Shown: positions 20,582 to 31,120 of the stretch, one piece after another
How positions within the stretch are numbered: position 1 is the first letter of the stretch
Layout of the letters: each line of letters begins with the position of its first letter
Source of the DNA: Methanomassiliicoccaceae archaeon
GTDB taxonomy: Archaea > Thermoplasmatota > Thermoplasmata > Methanomassiliicoccales > Methanomassiliicoccaceae
Length of the DNA stretch: 64,000 nt
Reading direction: 5' to 3'
Assembly (NCBI GenBank): GCA_963728405.1
Contig: CAVSJV010000013.1
Location: forward strand, 32,001 to 96,000
The notes under the pieces: generated by a model
What the model was told of the DNA's origin: nothing
Databases searched by the model: none
Seen by the model: the letters and a program-made list of their open reading frames with translations, nothing else
Made by a program: the position numbers and the translations under genes

Positions 20582-21797
20582 ATGTCGATATTGCCTGTGA
20601 TGGGGAAGTTATCGAGGGATTCCTCATTCTTTCTCGATTTCATTAGGCTGTTGGCCTGCCAGATGGTTGTCCTTGGCCATGTGTTGATCTATTGCAACCC
20701 TCCCGCCACCGGTAATGCCCTGCTCTTCGGCCAGATGATCGCCGGTACGGGTGTGATCATATTCTTTATCATTTCCGGCCTGTTGATCTCCCGTTCTCTG
20801 CTATCGAAGTTGAATGATTTTGATTACGGTTTCAGGAACTACATCATAGATCGTTTCTCCAGGATATATTCCGGACTTATTCCGTGCCTGGTCATCATCA
20901 CCCTGGCCGATCTGGCCCTGGGGTATCTCAATCCTGCTCAATATCTCGTCCTTTCTCAAAGGCTGAGCGCTCCAGACCTTGACCTCCTGGGATTGAACCT
21001 CATGATGCTGCAGCATTTCGATGCTACGTTCATAACGCAGCTGGTCGGAGGCTTCGGGTGGCCCTTACCGGCGAGCGCTATACCGACCTATGGCTTCGAT
21101 CTGCCGCTGTGGACCTTGGCCATCGAGTGGTGGCTCTACCTGCTGTTCGGCTGGGCCGTCATCGGGTGGTACGGCCGGAAACGAAAAAAATCCGCTCATC
21201 TTCGTTCTTGGGTTGGCCGTTCTGCTGGTCATCATCACCGGGTTCCTGGAAGGAAATATTGTCCTGATCGCCTTGTGGTTCGTCGGTGTGGCGATCACCT
21301 TCTTGATGTCCTATTCTGAGCTTAGGACCTGGACCCGGGCCGATCGGAGGTCACTACCGATCCTGCTCTTCATCCTGATGACATCGATCGTTGGATGTCT
21401 AGTGAGGATGATCTTCGCCATGACCTCTACAAATGTCGTGATCGACCCGGTGCTGGCATTGTTCCTCTCGATGATAGTTTTCTCTACCGTATTGATCCTG
21501 GATAATTATCGTCCGGGGGCAGAGGGTCGGGCAGTGGCCGAACTGCCCAGAAGGGCTTTCGCCTTCGGAGCCGCCTATTCATATACGCTCTACTTGGTCC
21601 ACTTCCCCTTGTTGCTTATTCTGGACGGGGCCCTCCCCCACCTAGATAAGACCATGACCATGTTGGCGATCTTTTTGATCGCGAACCTAGTGAGCGTTCC
21701 AGTGGCATTGTTCACGGAGATGCGGCACAAGCAACTGGCCTATTGGTTAAAGAAAAAGCTGAGCATTTACCCATCGCCGCGCGAACCGGTGTCATGA
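20582..21797 (+). CDS. Acyltransferase-3 (OafA-like) membrane protein, frameshift in the A7 run near 21185
   Basis: LDFIR...VVLGH, GVIIFFIISG, RFSRIY and PLWTLAIEWW; continues in ORF 21090..21797 (SYTLYLVHFP). Confidence 0.85.
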
Positions 21798-21904
21798 GCA
21801 ACATGACCATCTTTTGCCGGACGTCAAATAAATCTGGCATAACTGATGAGCAAGGTCGATAAGGGAATCAAGTTTTTATATGACCCTCCGCATCACAAGT
21901 TTTA

Positions 21905-22810
21905 ATGCGGCCACAGGACCGAATATCGGAGCTGAAGAAGGAGCGGAACGCCGTCATCCTTGCCCATAACTATCAGGTGCCGGAGATCCAGGACATAGCA
22001 GATTTCGTAGGGGACTCCCTGGGATTGGCCATGGCCGCTTCGAAGACAGCCGCCGACGTCATCGTGTTCTGCGGGGTCGATTTCATGGCCGAGAGCGCCA
22101 AGATTCTTAATCCTTCCAAAACAGTCCTTCATCCTGAGCCCAAGGCGAAGTGTCCAATGGCCGCCATGTGCGAGCCCCAGGGGGTCAAGATGTTGAAAAA
22201 GGACTTCCCACGTGCCGAGGTGGTGGCCTACGTTAACACCTCAGCAGAATGCAAGGCCGAGGCCGATGTCTGTTGCACATCGTCCAATGCGGTCAAGGTC
22301 GTAAACAGCCTTGATTCTGAGCTGGTCATCTTTATACCGGACGAGAATCTCGCTTCCTTCGTCCAGAGATCGACAGAGAAGGATGTCATCCCCTGGCCAG
22401 GATACTGCCCGACCCATGAGTCGATCACCGTGGAAAAGTTGAAGAAGCTGAAAGAGGAGCACCCCGGAGCTGTCATCCTGGTCCATCCAGAGTGCCGCCC
22501 CGATGTGATCGATATGGCCGATGCCACCCGGTCCACGGAGGGCATGATCAAGTTCGTCAAGGAATCTCCCAAGACCGAGTTCATCATCGGGACCGAGCAG
22601 GAGATGCTCTACCGTCTCAGTAAGGAGTGTCCGGACAAGATATTTTACTCCGTCCCCGGCGCTGTCTGTCCGACCATGAAGCTGATCACCTTGGCCAACG
22701 TCCTGGCGGCCCTGGAATCGATGTCCCCCGAGGTCATCTTGAACCCGGAACTGATGGACAAGGCACGCAAGCCCCTCCAGCGTATGATGGATATAGGTCG
22801 CGGGGACTAG
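21905..22810 (+). CDS. nadA: Quinolinate synthase
   Basis: ILAHNYQ, FCGVDFMAE, CPMA, YVNTSA, CPTH, HPEC, CPTMK. Confidence 0.96.
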   Translation: MRPQDRISELKKERNAVILAHNYQVPEIQDIADFVGDSLGLAMAASKTAADVIVFCGVDFMAESAKILNPSKTVLHPEPKAKCPMAAMCEPQGVKMLKKDFPRAEVVAYVNTSAECKAEADVCCTSSNAVKVVNSLDSELVIFIPDENLASFVQRSTEKDVIPWPGYCPTHESITVEKLKKLKEEHPGAVILVHPECRPDVIDMADATRSTEGMIKFVKESPKTEFIIGTEQEMLYRLSKECPDKIFYSVPGAVCPTMKLITLANVLAALESMSPEVILNPELMDKARKPLQRMMDIGRGD

Positions 22811-22847
22811 GCGGCGAGGCCTGGGCTATTCACGGCCTTGCCCTCAA

Positions 22848-23292
22848 ATCGCTTATTAGTGTTGTGTATTGTCCATTTTCGGACCGTATGGAGCAAACTT
22901 CCACTCCTTTGGGTCCAAGGTCCCAATGACGAGGAAGGTCGTCGGGGGCTGACGGGCCGAACTATTCCCAGGCGCCGTAGGCGCTATGCTTGGTGAGCTT
23001 TGCTCTGTTCCACATCCTGTCATGTAACGTTATGGTCACGGTCTTGTTGCATGCTTTGTTGGTCCGCTCCATGTGTGCAAGGAGCAAAGCTCGCTGGTCC
23101 ATGCTCACATGAATATCTAGCATCATGGCCGACAGCATACATATGTCCTACAATGGGGCAGATAGACGTCTTACCAGAAGGTGTCCCGAAATGCGCGGCT
23201 TTCTCCGTTTCGCAGGGAGATACCGCTGCACGGTCAGTTGAAGCATGAAAGGCCCCGCCCGAACGGGCGAGGTAGCGCACTGTAGTTGCGAT
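22848..23292 (+). ncRNA. Candidate large structured non-coding RNA of unknown family (~445 nt)
   Basis: Nested helices including 22990-23006/23081-23097 (17 bp, 11 perfect), 22947-22953/23233-23239 and end-to-end pairing 22848-22862/23277-23292. G-U pairs consistently favour the + strand. No convincing ORF. Confidence 0.55.
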
Positions 23293-23293
23293 G

Positions 23294-23321
23294 GAGAAAG
23301 AAAAAAGGGTTTCTGAAGAGA
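23294..23321 (-). terminator. Oligo-T terminator of the gene at 23323-24826
   Basis: The minus strand reads TCTCTTCAGAAACCCTTTTTTCTTTCTC right after the stop codon. Confidence 0.6.
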
Positions 23322-23322
23322 T

Positions 23323-24826
23323 TTACGGCCTCTTGTATCCCGGAGGCACCTGGTACTGATATCTGTCGTTCTTCTTCCGGGAGCGGCGGCGGAGCGCCAT
23401 CATGGTCACCAGTGAGACGCCGCATACCACGCCGACGGCGATGAGCACTAGGAAGATCACTACTGGGTTGACCTCCCCAACGATATTCAGTTGGAATGCG
23501 CCGGCCTCGAAGGTCGGATCATGGACTATGTTCTCACCGGCGGGGTAGATGTATCCTCCGATGACGGCGATGCCCCTGATCTCTCCATCCTTGGGTCGGT
23601 CGAAGTCCTTCACCTTATCGATGCTGTCCCCAGCGTGCACCTGGTAGTACATCTGGGCCTCATAGCCATCCACGGTGACATTGCTGACCCAGGTGAGCTG
23701 ACCTACCCGCTGCCAATTGTCACGGTACTCGATCTTGTTCTTGGCCACCTTGATCGAGTGGTCCGGCGCATCGGTAGCGGTGGCATTGGTGCCGGCCGCC
23801 TCATAAACCATCGTTCCAGCTCCGTTGGATATGCTCGAATCGAGGAACTGGGCGGACATCCACTTATGGACGATCTCCGGGATGAAAGTGCCCATGAACA
23901 CGATGTTCTCGAGCATCAGTTTGGACGTGTTGCTCTGGGCAGTGTAGTCCCAGCCGTTGATGATGTGGTCGTACTTGAACTCCGCATTGACCGATGTGCC
24001 CGTATAGTTCTTGGCCTCGGTCTGCTTGGAAGAGATGATCTGGTTGTTCCCGTTGATCTTGACGTCATACCAGGGAACGGTGGCCTCCATCTGCTTGGCC
24101 GAGGCATCGATGTGGAAGACGAACTCGACCTTGGATACTACCCCGTCGTCTATGGTCCCGGCCCGAGAACCATCGGTATTGGTGGCCGGCTGGTCGTCCC
24201 AGATCTTAGTGTACATGAGGTCGGTGGCGGAGAGAGCGAAATCAAAGTGCTTGGTACCGTTCGCTTCATCGGTCACGGTGGTGATCTCCCCAACCGACCA
24301 GACCGCGTTCTTCAGATCGATGGTCTTGTAGACCGGTTCTACCGCCCAGATGCCGAAGTTGTCCAGAGAACGGTTCCCATAGAAATCGAAGACCCCATTG
24401 CCTGCGCCGTACCGGCCCCCATGACCGTCCGGAAGCCCCGTATCATTGAACTCGATCAGAGCGTCGAGCTGCTGGAAAAATACTGTCAGCACAGGTATGG
24501 GTACGGCTGAGACCATCATTCCGCCGTTCTCGTCACGTACGGTCGCGCCGCCCAGATAGCGGACGTAGGCCCCGACAAGAGTGGGGGCATTGGGGTGCTC
24601 GGGCGTACCATACACAACCCCGAACCAGGCAGCATTATCGCCCCTTGTCATGTTCACGGCGACAAAATCGCCGCCACCGAACTCGGTGGTCGTACCCTGT
24701 TCAAGCTGGATCCGGTCGAGAGGGTCCTCTTCCGGGGCAGCGGACACGATGGAAACGAGCCCGGTGCAGAGCATCAGACCGACCAGCGTTATCGCACATA
24801 TCGCTGTGAGATAGAGATCTCATCAT
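23323..24826 (-). CDS. Exported, C-terminally membrane-anchored hypothetical protein; frameshift in the signal peptide near 24811
   Basis: 483-aa ORF with a C-terminal TM helix and basic tail. ATGATG at 24826 joins a hydrophobic signal sequence after a 1-nt shift. Confidence 0.75.
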
Positions 24827-24937
24827 TGTTACCTCGACCCCGGTATCCTCGCTAGGGCAGAATATAGACCGAGGGACAAATCTTGCTGAACTTTGTTTCC
24901 TATCCCTTTATATATCAGGATACCGAGTTCTTTGGGA

Positions 24938-25775
24938 ATGAGCCAGGCGGACATCCGGGCGGTGGACAACCCCATATCGGCGCTCTTCGATCTTTCCGAG
25001 GACAGTCAACAACGAAGCGCCCAGGTTCCGCAAGCTGGTACGCTATGCCTCAGCCTTCGTCATAATCTGGCTAGTGGTGGACTTTATTCTCATCCTGGCC
25101 ACCATCCGTGAAAGCCTACTGGTCGGCGGTCTTCTTATCGCTATCTTCATCCTCGGCCTGGCAACCCTGAGCATGCTGATGGGCATGAATGATTTCTTCC
25201 GCTATTATGTCATGAGACATCGGGCGATCATGAGCGTTCGGAACGATGAACCGATCATCAAGGTACCTTCCGGTCCTACTCCTACGGCCCGATTGCTCGT
25301 TCATTTACAATCTCGGAACCCCGAGCTGAACTATCTCTACGCGGCTAACTACGTCCCCTCGCCAATGGCCGTCCGGGGGCGGTCGGGAACCGTCTACCCG
25401 CTCGATGTGTACATGACCCGGCATTCGAGCTTCACGTGGTGGCTCATCGGACGCGGTTACCCGGGCTATCAGCTGTATATAAAGGTGTTCGATCATGCGC
25501 CCCGGCCGGAGGAGCTTATGTGGTTCAAGGCAGCGGCCGAGGACATAGCCCGAGCAAAGCGGATGCCCGCATCCCGGGTCATCGCCCTGTGGCCCCGTCA
25601 CAGCGAGGACGAACTGTCGGAGGAATCCTATAACATTCTGATGTCCCAGGTGGTCCGCTCGTCGCACCGGGGCAAGCAATTCGCCAGCTCATTGGAACTG
25701 ATCATGGAGAACGATGACGGCACCTACGAGTTCATACCGTACATTGCCGATCAGGTCCGTTTCTCGTCCCGATGA
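24938..25775 (+). CDS. Hypothetical membrane protein, frameshift near 25005
   Basis: MSQADIRAVDNPISALFDLSED/VNNEAPRFRKLVRYASAFVIIWLVVDFIL... joins ORF 25074..25775. TTTATATA lies upstream. Confidence 0.7.
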
Positions 25776-26149
25776 GCCCAGTACGGTAGTCCTCGGTAGC
25801 GGTAATGCTCCCTGATCTGTTCTTCGTAGATGCTCAGGAAGAACTCATTGTACTTGCGGACGTAAAGGACCCCAGACCTGGTGATCTTTATCTCGTACCT
25901 CCCCTCTATTTTTTCCACACGGACCAGTCCATCCTGTTCCAGTTGTTCGATGACCTTATTGGTCATAAAATGGTTCGAGCGGATCTCGTGCTTGATCTCT
26001 TCCTTGCTGACCCCTGGACGGTCTGTGGACATGACCTGGTCCAACTTACCCTCCAGCCCCGGCTGATATAGATCGATCCCCAGCTCCGAGACTAGGCGAT
26101 TGAGGGTGAAGCACCCGTAAATTTTGCTGTCCTTGTTGCTCTTGGACAT
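25751..26149 (-). CDS. Winged-helix domain hypothetical protein
   Basis: KEEIKHEIRSNHFMTNKVIEQLEQDGLV...IKITRSG fits a wHTH pattern. Confidence 0.65.
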   Translation of the reverse strand: MSKSNKDSKIYGCFTLNRLVSELGIDLYQPGLEGKLDQVMSTDRPGVSKEEIKHEIRSNHFMTNKVIEQLEQDGLVRVEKIEGRYEIKITRSGVLYVRKYNEFFLSIYEEQIREHYRYRGLPYWAHRDEKRT

Positions 26150-26384
26150 CCTGGGTCTGAAAACATATCGTTTGGTGCTTAATAAGCGCTATCGTGCTTC
26201 TTCATCATCATTAAAGTTATGACGGCCATCCAGCAGATCCGCGTGTCGGGCCTGGGGCTAGGATTATATAACTTGAGTTTTCATAATTAACGACGGTCCT
26301 TATGGGTGCAACGGTCTGGGCGGGACGAACGGGCCCAATAAAGTGGCCTAAACAAGGACATCCAACTATTATGGTGGGATTGCT

Positions 26385-28367
26385 GTGATGATGACCGGCG
26401 GTTATGATGTGCTCATAGAGATCAATGAAAGATTAGTTAATCATGCGTTGGCCGCGGCCTTCTATTCCTCGTTCTATACGACCTTCGAGGGATCGGTCGT
26501 CCCCAAGGTCAGGGGGCCCTTCGAAGATCTTGCCCGGGTCGATTACCATATCGAGCTCAATGAGCCCCCGTTTATAGATTTCAGTCCTACGGATAAGATT
26601 AGGGCCCACCTCAACCTGAAGGCGATCATAAATGTCATCGGTCGAAAGGTTAGGACGGATGTCTCCGTCGACCTGTTAGGTCGGATGACTCTCGACCCCA
26701 TTACTAAGGAGATATCGCTAGATGTCCAGGAGGTCAGGATAGGTGAGCTTCGATTCCTCGATCGTTACGAACTTCCGAAGATCGCTCGAAATCTGGTCAA
26801 TGAGGCCTTAGTCATGGTCATCCATTCCAACTTCGTCAAAGGCATAGGGGTTGGTGGGCTGAAGGAGTTCAACGTCCCGGTCACCGCCGCGCCCGATATA
26901 ATCCATCTGGGGGACGAGATAAGGATATTCCTCCTACCGGGCTTTCCGGGAATGACCATCAAGATACCGTCGGTCGATGTGGAGGTCTCCTCGCTCGTTC
27001 CCGCTGAAACATTGGTAGTTGGCGAGGTCGATATGGCCGTGTCCCCTGGTTTTTTTGGTATCATTAGCGACCAGAGCATGGCCCTGGCCATCTCGATGGG
27101 GGATAACGTCGTAGGGGACCCCGCCAGCATCAAGGACTTCACCGAAGGCAATGATCTGGCCATCGGCCTTTCCGAAGTGTCGCTGAACCGCATTCTGGAC
27201 CAGGCCTGGTCACGGGTCCCTCGGGACTTAACGGTAAATGGCCACATACCTGTGGACAATGTCCGTGAGCTATTGGACTCTCTTCAGGGCATAAAGGATA
27301 TGCCCAGTAGGTTCGAGACCCTTGGCCTGAACAAAAAGAACACCGAGGTCGAAAAAGCATGGGTCGATTTCTCAGCGACCATCAATCCTGAGAAGCCAAA
27401 GGTCCGCATGGGTGAGGGAGGCACCTTCGAGATCTATGACACTAGGGTCCCGGGGAAAGCTCAGGCAGTTGTGAGAGCGACCAATGTTATTACCACTCGA
27501 AAGGGGCAGAGTGCATTCTCCGCCCTCCTATGGGGCGAGCCCAAGGAAGAGAAGCCGCCCGAAACGAAAAGAGAGGAGGTGACGGTCTACAACTTTGACT
27601 CGAGCATCGAGATCCTGCTGAAGCGCGTGGTCATAGCCTTAATGGTCAATAGTGATGGGCGATTAAAGATCGATGTCACCGATGTGGATTTCTTCCTTGA
27701 CATTCCCTGGCATCTGCCCAAGTTCGTTCTTGAAAGTATCAGCAATAGAATCGAGGATACCATAAAGAGAGATTTCCCCGCCTTCGATCTGACCGAAATG
27801 CTCCAGGAAAAACTGGCACCGATGTTCCCTTTTACTCCGCAGCTTAAGATAGTCAAGGTCTCCACCGAAGGCTCAGAAGCGTTGATCATCGGGAATCTGG
27901 AATTCAAGGAGGTCCCCCGGCACATTGTGCCCGTTCCGAGCTTCGTGGCAGATCCGAGGACCGCCAATAGGGAGGTCCATCGGGCGTCCTGTCCGTCCGT
28001 CCGGAAGATCCCAGAGCATGCCCAGATCGGCTATACTTCGCTCTATGATGCCCTGGCCGAAGGGCTGCGAGGGGCGAGGGATTGTCTTCCTGAGTTCAGC
28101 CGAGGTTTTGTGGAAAAGGAAAAGGCGGTCACGATCCCCGAGATCGATGTATCAATGGCCCCATCGAGAAAGGAAATTGCCATCTCCGGTGAGGAGCTGC
28201 TCAAACCCATCCCCTTAATGGAGGTCAAAGTTCCGATCGTCCATGAAAACATCGTGATCCAATCAGGCGAAAAGACTGCTGATAGAGCTAGCGATGAAAT
28301 AAAGAGCGAAGAACATCAGGATCGCCCCGCACCCGGCAAAAAGGATTCGATACCTCCTGCCGGTTAG
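26385..28367 (+). CDS. Large hypothetical protein with internal repeat and Ada-like metal-binding motif
   Basis: 660-aa ORF. YDVLIEINERLVNHAL and NDLAIGLSEVSLNRIL resemble each other; VHRASCPSV...ALAEGLRGARDCLP lies near the C-terminus. Confidence 0.75.
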   Translation: MMMTGGYDVLIEINERLVNHALAAAFYSSFYTTFEGSVVPKVRGPFEDLARVDYHIELNEPPFIDFSPTDKIRAHLNLKAIINVIGRKVRTDVSVDLLGRMTLDPITKEISLDVQEVRIGELRFLDRYELPKIARNLVNEALVMVIHSNFVKGIGVGGLKEFNVPVTAAPDIIHLGDEIRIFLLPGFPGMTIKIPSVDVEVSSLVPAETLVVGEVDMAVSPGFFGIISDQSMALAISMGDNVVGDPASIKDFTEGNDLAIGLSEVSLNRILDQAWSRVPRDLTVNGHIPVDNVRELLDSLQGIKDMPSRFETLGLNKKNTEVEKAWVDFSATINPEKPKVRMGEGGTFEIYDTRVPGKAQAVVRATNVITTRKGQSAFSALLWGEPKEEKPPETKREEVTVYNFDSSIEILLKRVVIALMVNSDGRLKIDVTDVDFFLDIPWHLPKFVLESISNRIEDTIKRDFPAFDLTEMLQEKLAPMFPFTPQLKIVKVSTEGSEALIIGNLEFKEVPRHIVPVPSFVADPRTANREVHRASCPSVRKIPEHAQIGYTSLYDALAEGLRGARDCLPEFSRGFVEKEKAVTIPEIDVSMAPSRKEIAISGEELLKPIPLMEVKVPIVHENIVIQSGEKTADRASDEIKSEEHQDRPAPGKKDSIPPAG

Positions 28368-28904
28368 GAAGGTACGGGACCGGTTGACCGAGAATGAGAC
28401 AAACTGCAGCCAGCCGAGATCGCACGCCAGGTGGACGGCCGCAAACACCGGTAACATGATGAGCCCGTACCCGGAGGCTATGCTTATCAGTGATGCTCCC
28501 ACCGTTGCCCACCAGAGGAGAAAGTAAGGATTTATGGCGGTCAGAGCGATGCCGGCAGTGAAGGGCCCCAGTTTTGACCCATGGGCCTGTTCCCCGTTCA
28601 TTTTTGTACGGACCATGGAAATGCCCATGTAGATCAAGAAAGCGCCGCCGATTATGCCGATGGCGGCGAAGACCGACCTCTCCTTCAGCACCGCCTCGAA
28701 ACCTAGGAAGATAGCGACAATGAGCGGTATCTCGATGACCGCGTGGCCAGCAGATATCTTCAGACCGGCCCGGGCATCTTGGTAACCTTTGGCCACGGTG
28801 GTAGCGAAGATCGGACCGGGCATGATGACTCCTGATAGCGAGATGAACGCTACTATGGCCAGGAAGATCAGGGGGTCGGTTGCTCCATCCATAATCCGTT
28901 CCAT
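28263..28904 (-). CDS. LysE family translocator
   Basis: SLSGVIMPGP, GHAVIE, AINPYFLLWW, HLACD. Confidence 0.88.
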   Translation of the reverse strand: MERIMDGATDPLIFLAIVAFISLSGVIMPGPIFATTVAKGYQDARAGLKISAGHAVIEIPLIVAIFLGFEAVLKERSVFAAIGIIGGAFLIYMGISMVRTKMNGEQAHGSKLGPFTAGIALTAINPYFLLWWATVGASLISIASGYGLIMLPVFAAVHLACDLGWLQFVSFSVNRSRTFLTGRRYRILFAGCGAILMFFALYFIASSISSLFA

Positions 28905-29270
28905 GCGGACAGTGATATTTATCGGTTGGCCATTTTGATTAGGAGGCTTAAAACAGCCCTTTCATTCCGTTGCACCTAGGGCCGGAAAGTGAGTTGACCA
29001 CGGGGCGCTGGCCGTTCGGAAATGTCCCCTCGTTTGGGAAGAATCTCTGTTTCCAGTAGCTCCCTCTGCTCGATATGTTCTGCTGGCCCATGAAAGACGG
29101 AGAGAGGCCATTCTGATGATTGCGCCAATGATGCTTCACTCGGTGGCGGAACAGTTCCTACATCGTCGTATTAGATGACCTTACCTATACGCCCCGCGCA
29201 TTTGCTCAACTGTCTTGCGGATACCCACCAAATCGACTCCATGCGGGGGATGCATATCGGAATGATGGCC

Positions 29271-29531
29271 CTAATGTCCAATCCCCTGGTGGGTGGCACA
29301 ATCCTGGCTGATCATCAGGGTCATGGTATTGCGGACCCCTGGAATTGAGCGCACGCTTTTCATTAGCGTTGCTTCCAACCCATCTATGGTTGCCGCGGTC
29401 AGCACGGCCACAACATCATAGACGCCATAGACCAGATAGGCCTTCTCCACACCTTCGAGAGCGCATACACTGTCGATCACATCCTGCTCTTTACCGATAT
29501 CGCAATTGATGAGCACGACCGCGCTGGGCAT
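29271..29531 (-). CDS. Lrp/AsnC ligand-binding (RAM) domain protein
   Basis: AVVLINCDIG...VYGVYDVVA...IPGVRNTMTLM. Confidence 0.88.
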   Translation of the reverse strand: MPSAVVLINCDIGKEQDVIDSVCALEGVEKAYLVYGVYDVVAVLTAATIDGLEATLMKSVRSIPGVRNTMTLMISQDCATHQGIGH

Positions 29532-29594
29532 CGTATGAATAGTCGGTTCCCCGCCTAGTTTAATTTTTCCTGGCGGTACGAGCTGGGCTACTGG

Positions 29595-30938
29595 TCATCG
29601 GGTCTGCGGAAGGGAATCGCCCTCGATGATGAGAAGGGGGTCAGCGGGCCCGTTAGCAGTTGATGGGGCCTTCAACGCGGATCGGGGTCCCTCTCGTTTT
29701 TCGACCATCTTGTCAAGAAAGCACTCCTTCTTCAGGCAACGCCAGGCGATATCCAACATGAACAAGATGCCGATGGCGACCAGCACTAGGGCGACGACCC
29801 AGGAGTAGGTGAAGTCCAGCCCCGGACCTCCTTTTTCCAATCCCTGGCCGAACAGCAGGGCGACATACATGGGAATGAGGCGCAGGGCGATGTCCCGGTG
29901 GCGGACCGCCCATACGGAGAAGAAGACGAAAGGTAGGATGAAGTAGCCCAGGCGGATCATCGGGTAGACGGTCAGGAACATGACCGTGGAGAGCATCGCT
30001 CCCCGCCATATGTCCAGCTTCCACCGATAGACCAGATAGTATGACAGCGCTAATACTCCGACAGTAATGCCTGCCCCGAACAGGCCCGGAATGACCAGTC
30101 CGCTTTTACCAACCAGATTGATGATGGACATGCCCGCGCTCCCCTCACCGCTCCTTCCTAACAAGTAATAGGATGGAAAGCCCAGGAACTCGATGGGACA
30201 GACCAGTAAGAACGGCAGGGCGATGAGGGCGGAGGTCAGAACCGCTACCCCTATGTTGACCAGGCGTTCTTTTCTACCTCTAAGCTTGACCAAAGTCACA
30301 GGGTATATGATTACAGGCAGGAATTTAGTCCAAAAACCAACTGCTACCGCGACAGCGGACCATTTTTTCAGGCCGTAGAGCATCAATAGGACTGGCAGGA
30401 CATAGAAGAACGCCACCAGCGGCTCATCCTGGATGCCCCAGGTCGCATCCTGAACGGCGAAGGGGCAGACAATGATCAGAAGGGCGGCGAGGAAGGCATA
30501 GTACTCGTCCCAGCGGCGCATGATGAAGTAGAGGGCCAGACCGGTCATAATGGGGAACAGCGAGAAGTAGGTCTCGTAAGCCCACCAATCTCCGCCAGCT
30601 ATCTGAGGGGGCAATAGAATATAATTTATCAGCGGCGGTGACTCTATGTCTAGGTCTCGGTAGATGATCCCTCCGTTAAGGATCAGGCTGGTCCTTTCCT
30701 GGTAGATGTGCAGGTCTGGAGTCGGTCCGAAAGAGGAGTCGAGCCAGGGCCTGATGACCAGGCCGTCGGCGAGGATGAACGAGCCATAGATCATTGCTCC
30801 CACTAACAGTAGGACGAATATTCTCTGCAGGTGGTTCATATTGTGCAGACGGGCGTTCATTCTCTTGAAAATACCATTCGCCATTAGCTCCGTGCTCCCG
30901 TACCACGAATCCTGGATATCCCAGATTTCGAGGGCCAT
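29595..30938 (-). CDS. Polytopic GT-C fold glycosyltransferase (GT87-like)
   Basis: DLHIY...IYRD..ESPPL, QDEP, KFLP, with many TM helices. The start codon is uncertain. Confidence 0.7.
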   Translation of the reverse strand: MALEIWDIQDSWYGSTELMANGIFKRMNARLHNMNHLQRIFVLLLVGAMIYGSFILADGLVIRPWLDSSFGPTPDLHIYQERTSLILNGGIIYRDLDIESPPLINYILLPPQIAGGDWWAYETYFSLFPIMTGLALYFIMRRWDEYYAFLAALLIIVCPFAVQDATWGIQDEPLVAFFYVLPVLLMLYGLKKWSAVAVAVGFWTKFLPVIIYPVTLVKLRGRKERLVNIGVAVLTSALIALPFLLVCPIEFLGFPSYYLLGRSGEGSAGMSIINLVGKSGLVIPGLFGAGITVGVLALSYYLVYRWKLDIWRGAMLSTVMFLTVYPMIRLGYFILPFVFFSVWAVRHRDIALRLIPMYVALLFGQGLEKGGPGLDFTYSWVVALVLVAIGILFMLDIAWRCLKKECFLDKMVEKREGPRSALKAPSTANGPADPLLIIEGDSLPQTR

Positions 30939-31120
30939 ATCTTCGCAGATTTATATGAGCCTATGGAGAGCTGGGGCGTCAACAGTAACTATAATCTGTC
31001 CCACCCCCATCATGGGGCGGGATGCACCAGGTACTTTCGGTCCGGTGCCGCATTGGTCTAAATAGTACTGCACTTTGACTACAATGAGAAAAATGGTGGC
31101 CAGCAGAGTTCGGTGAATGG

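Noticed and set aside
22928-22960. RNase P RNA, suggested by GAGGAAGGTC and GGGGGCTGACGG
   Set aside because: The motifs are in the wrong order and I found no complementary 3' P4 strand. The region is kept as an unknown ncRNA, pending an Rfam search.
23020-23280. Group II intron (minus strand begins GTGCG) or the short ORFs 23000..23248 and 23020..23280
   Set aside because: No domain V or RT ORF; G-U pairs favour the + strand; the ORFs have no recognisable protein features.
28948-29270. Riboswitch or small ORF between the LysE and Lrp genes
   Set aside because: Only short stems expected by chance, no recognisable aptamer consensus, and the ORF looks non-coding.
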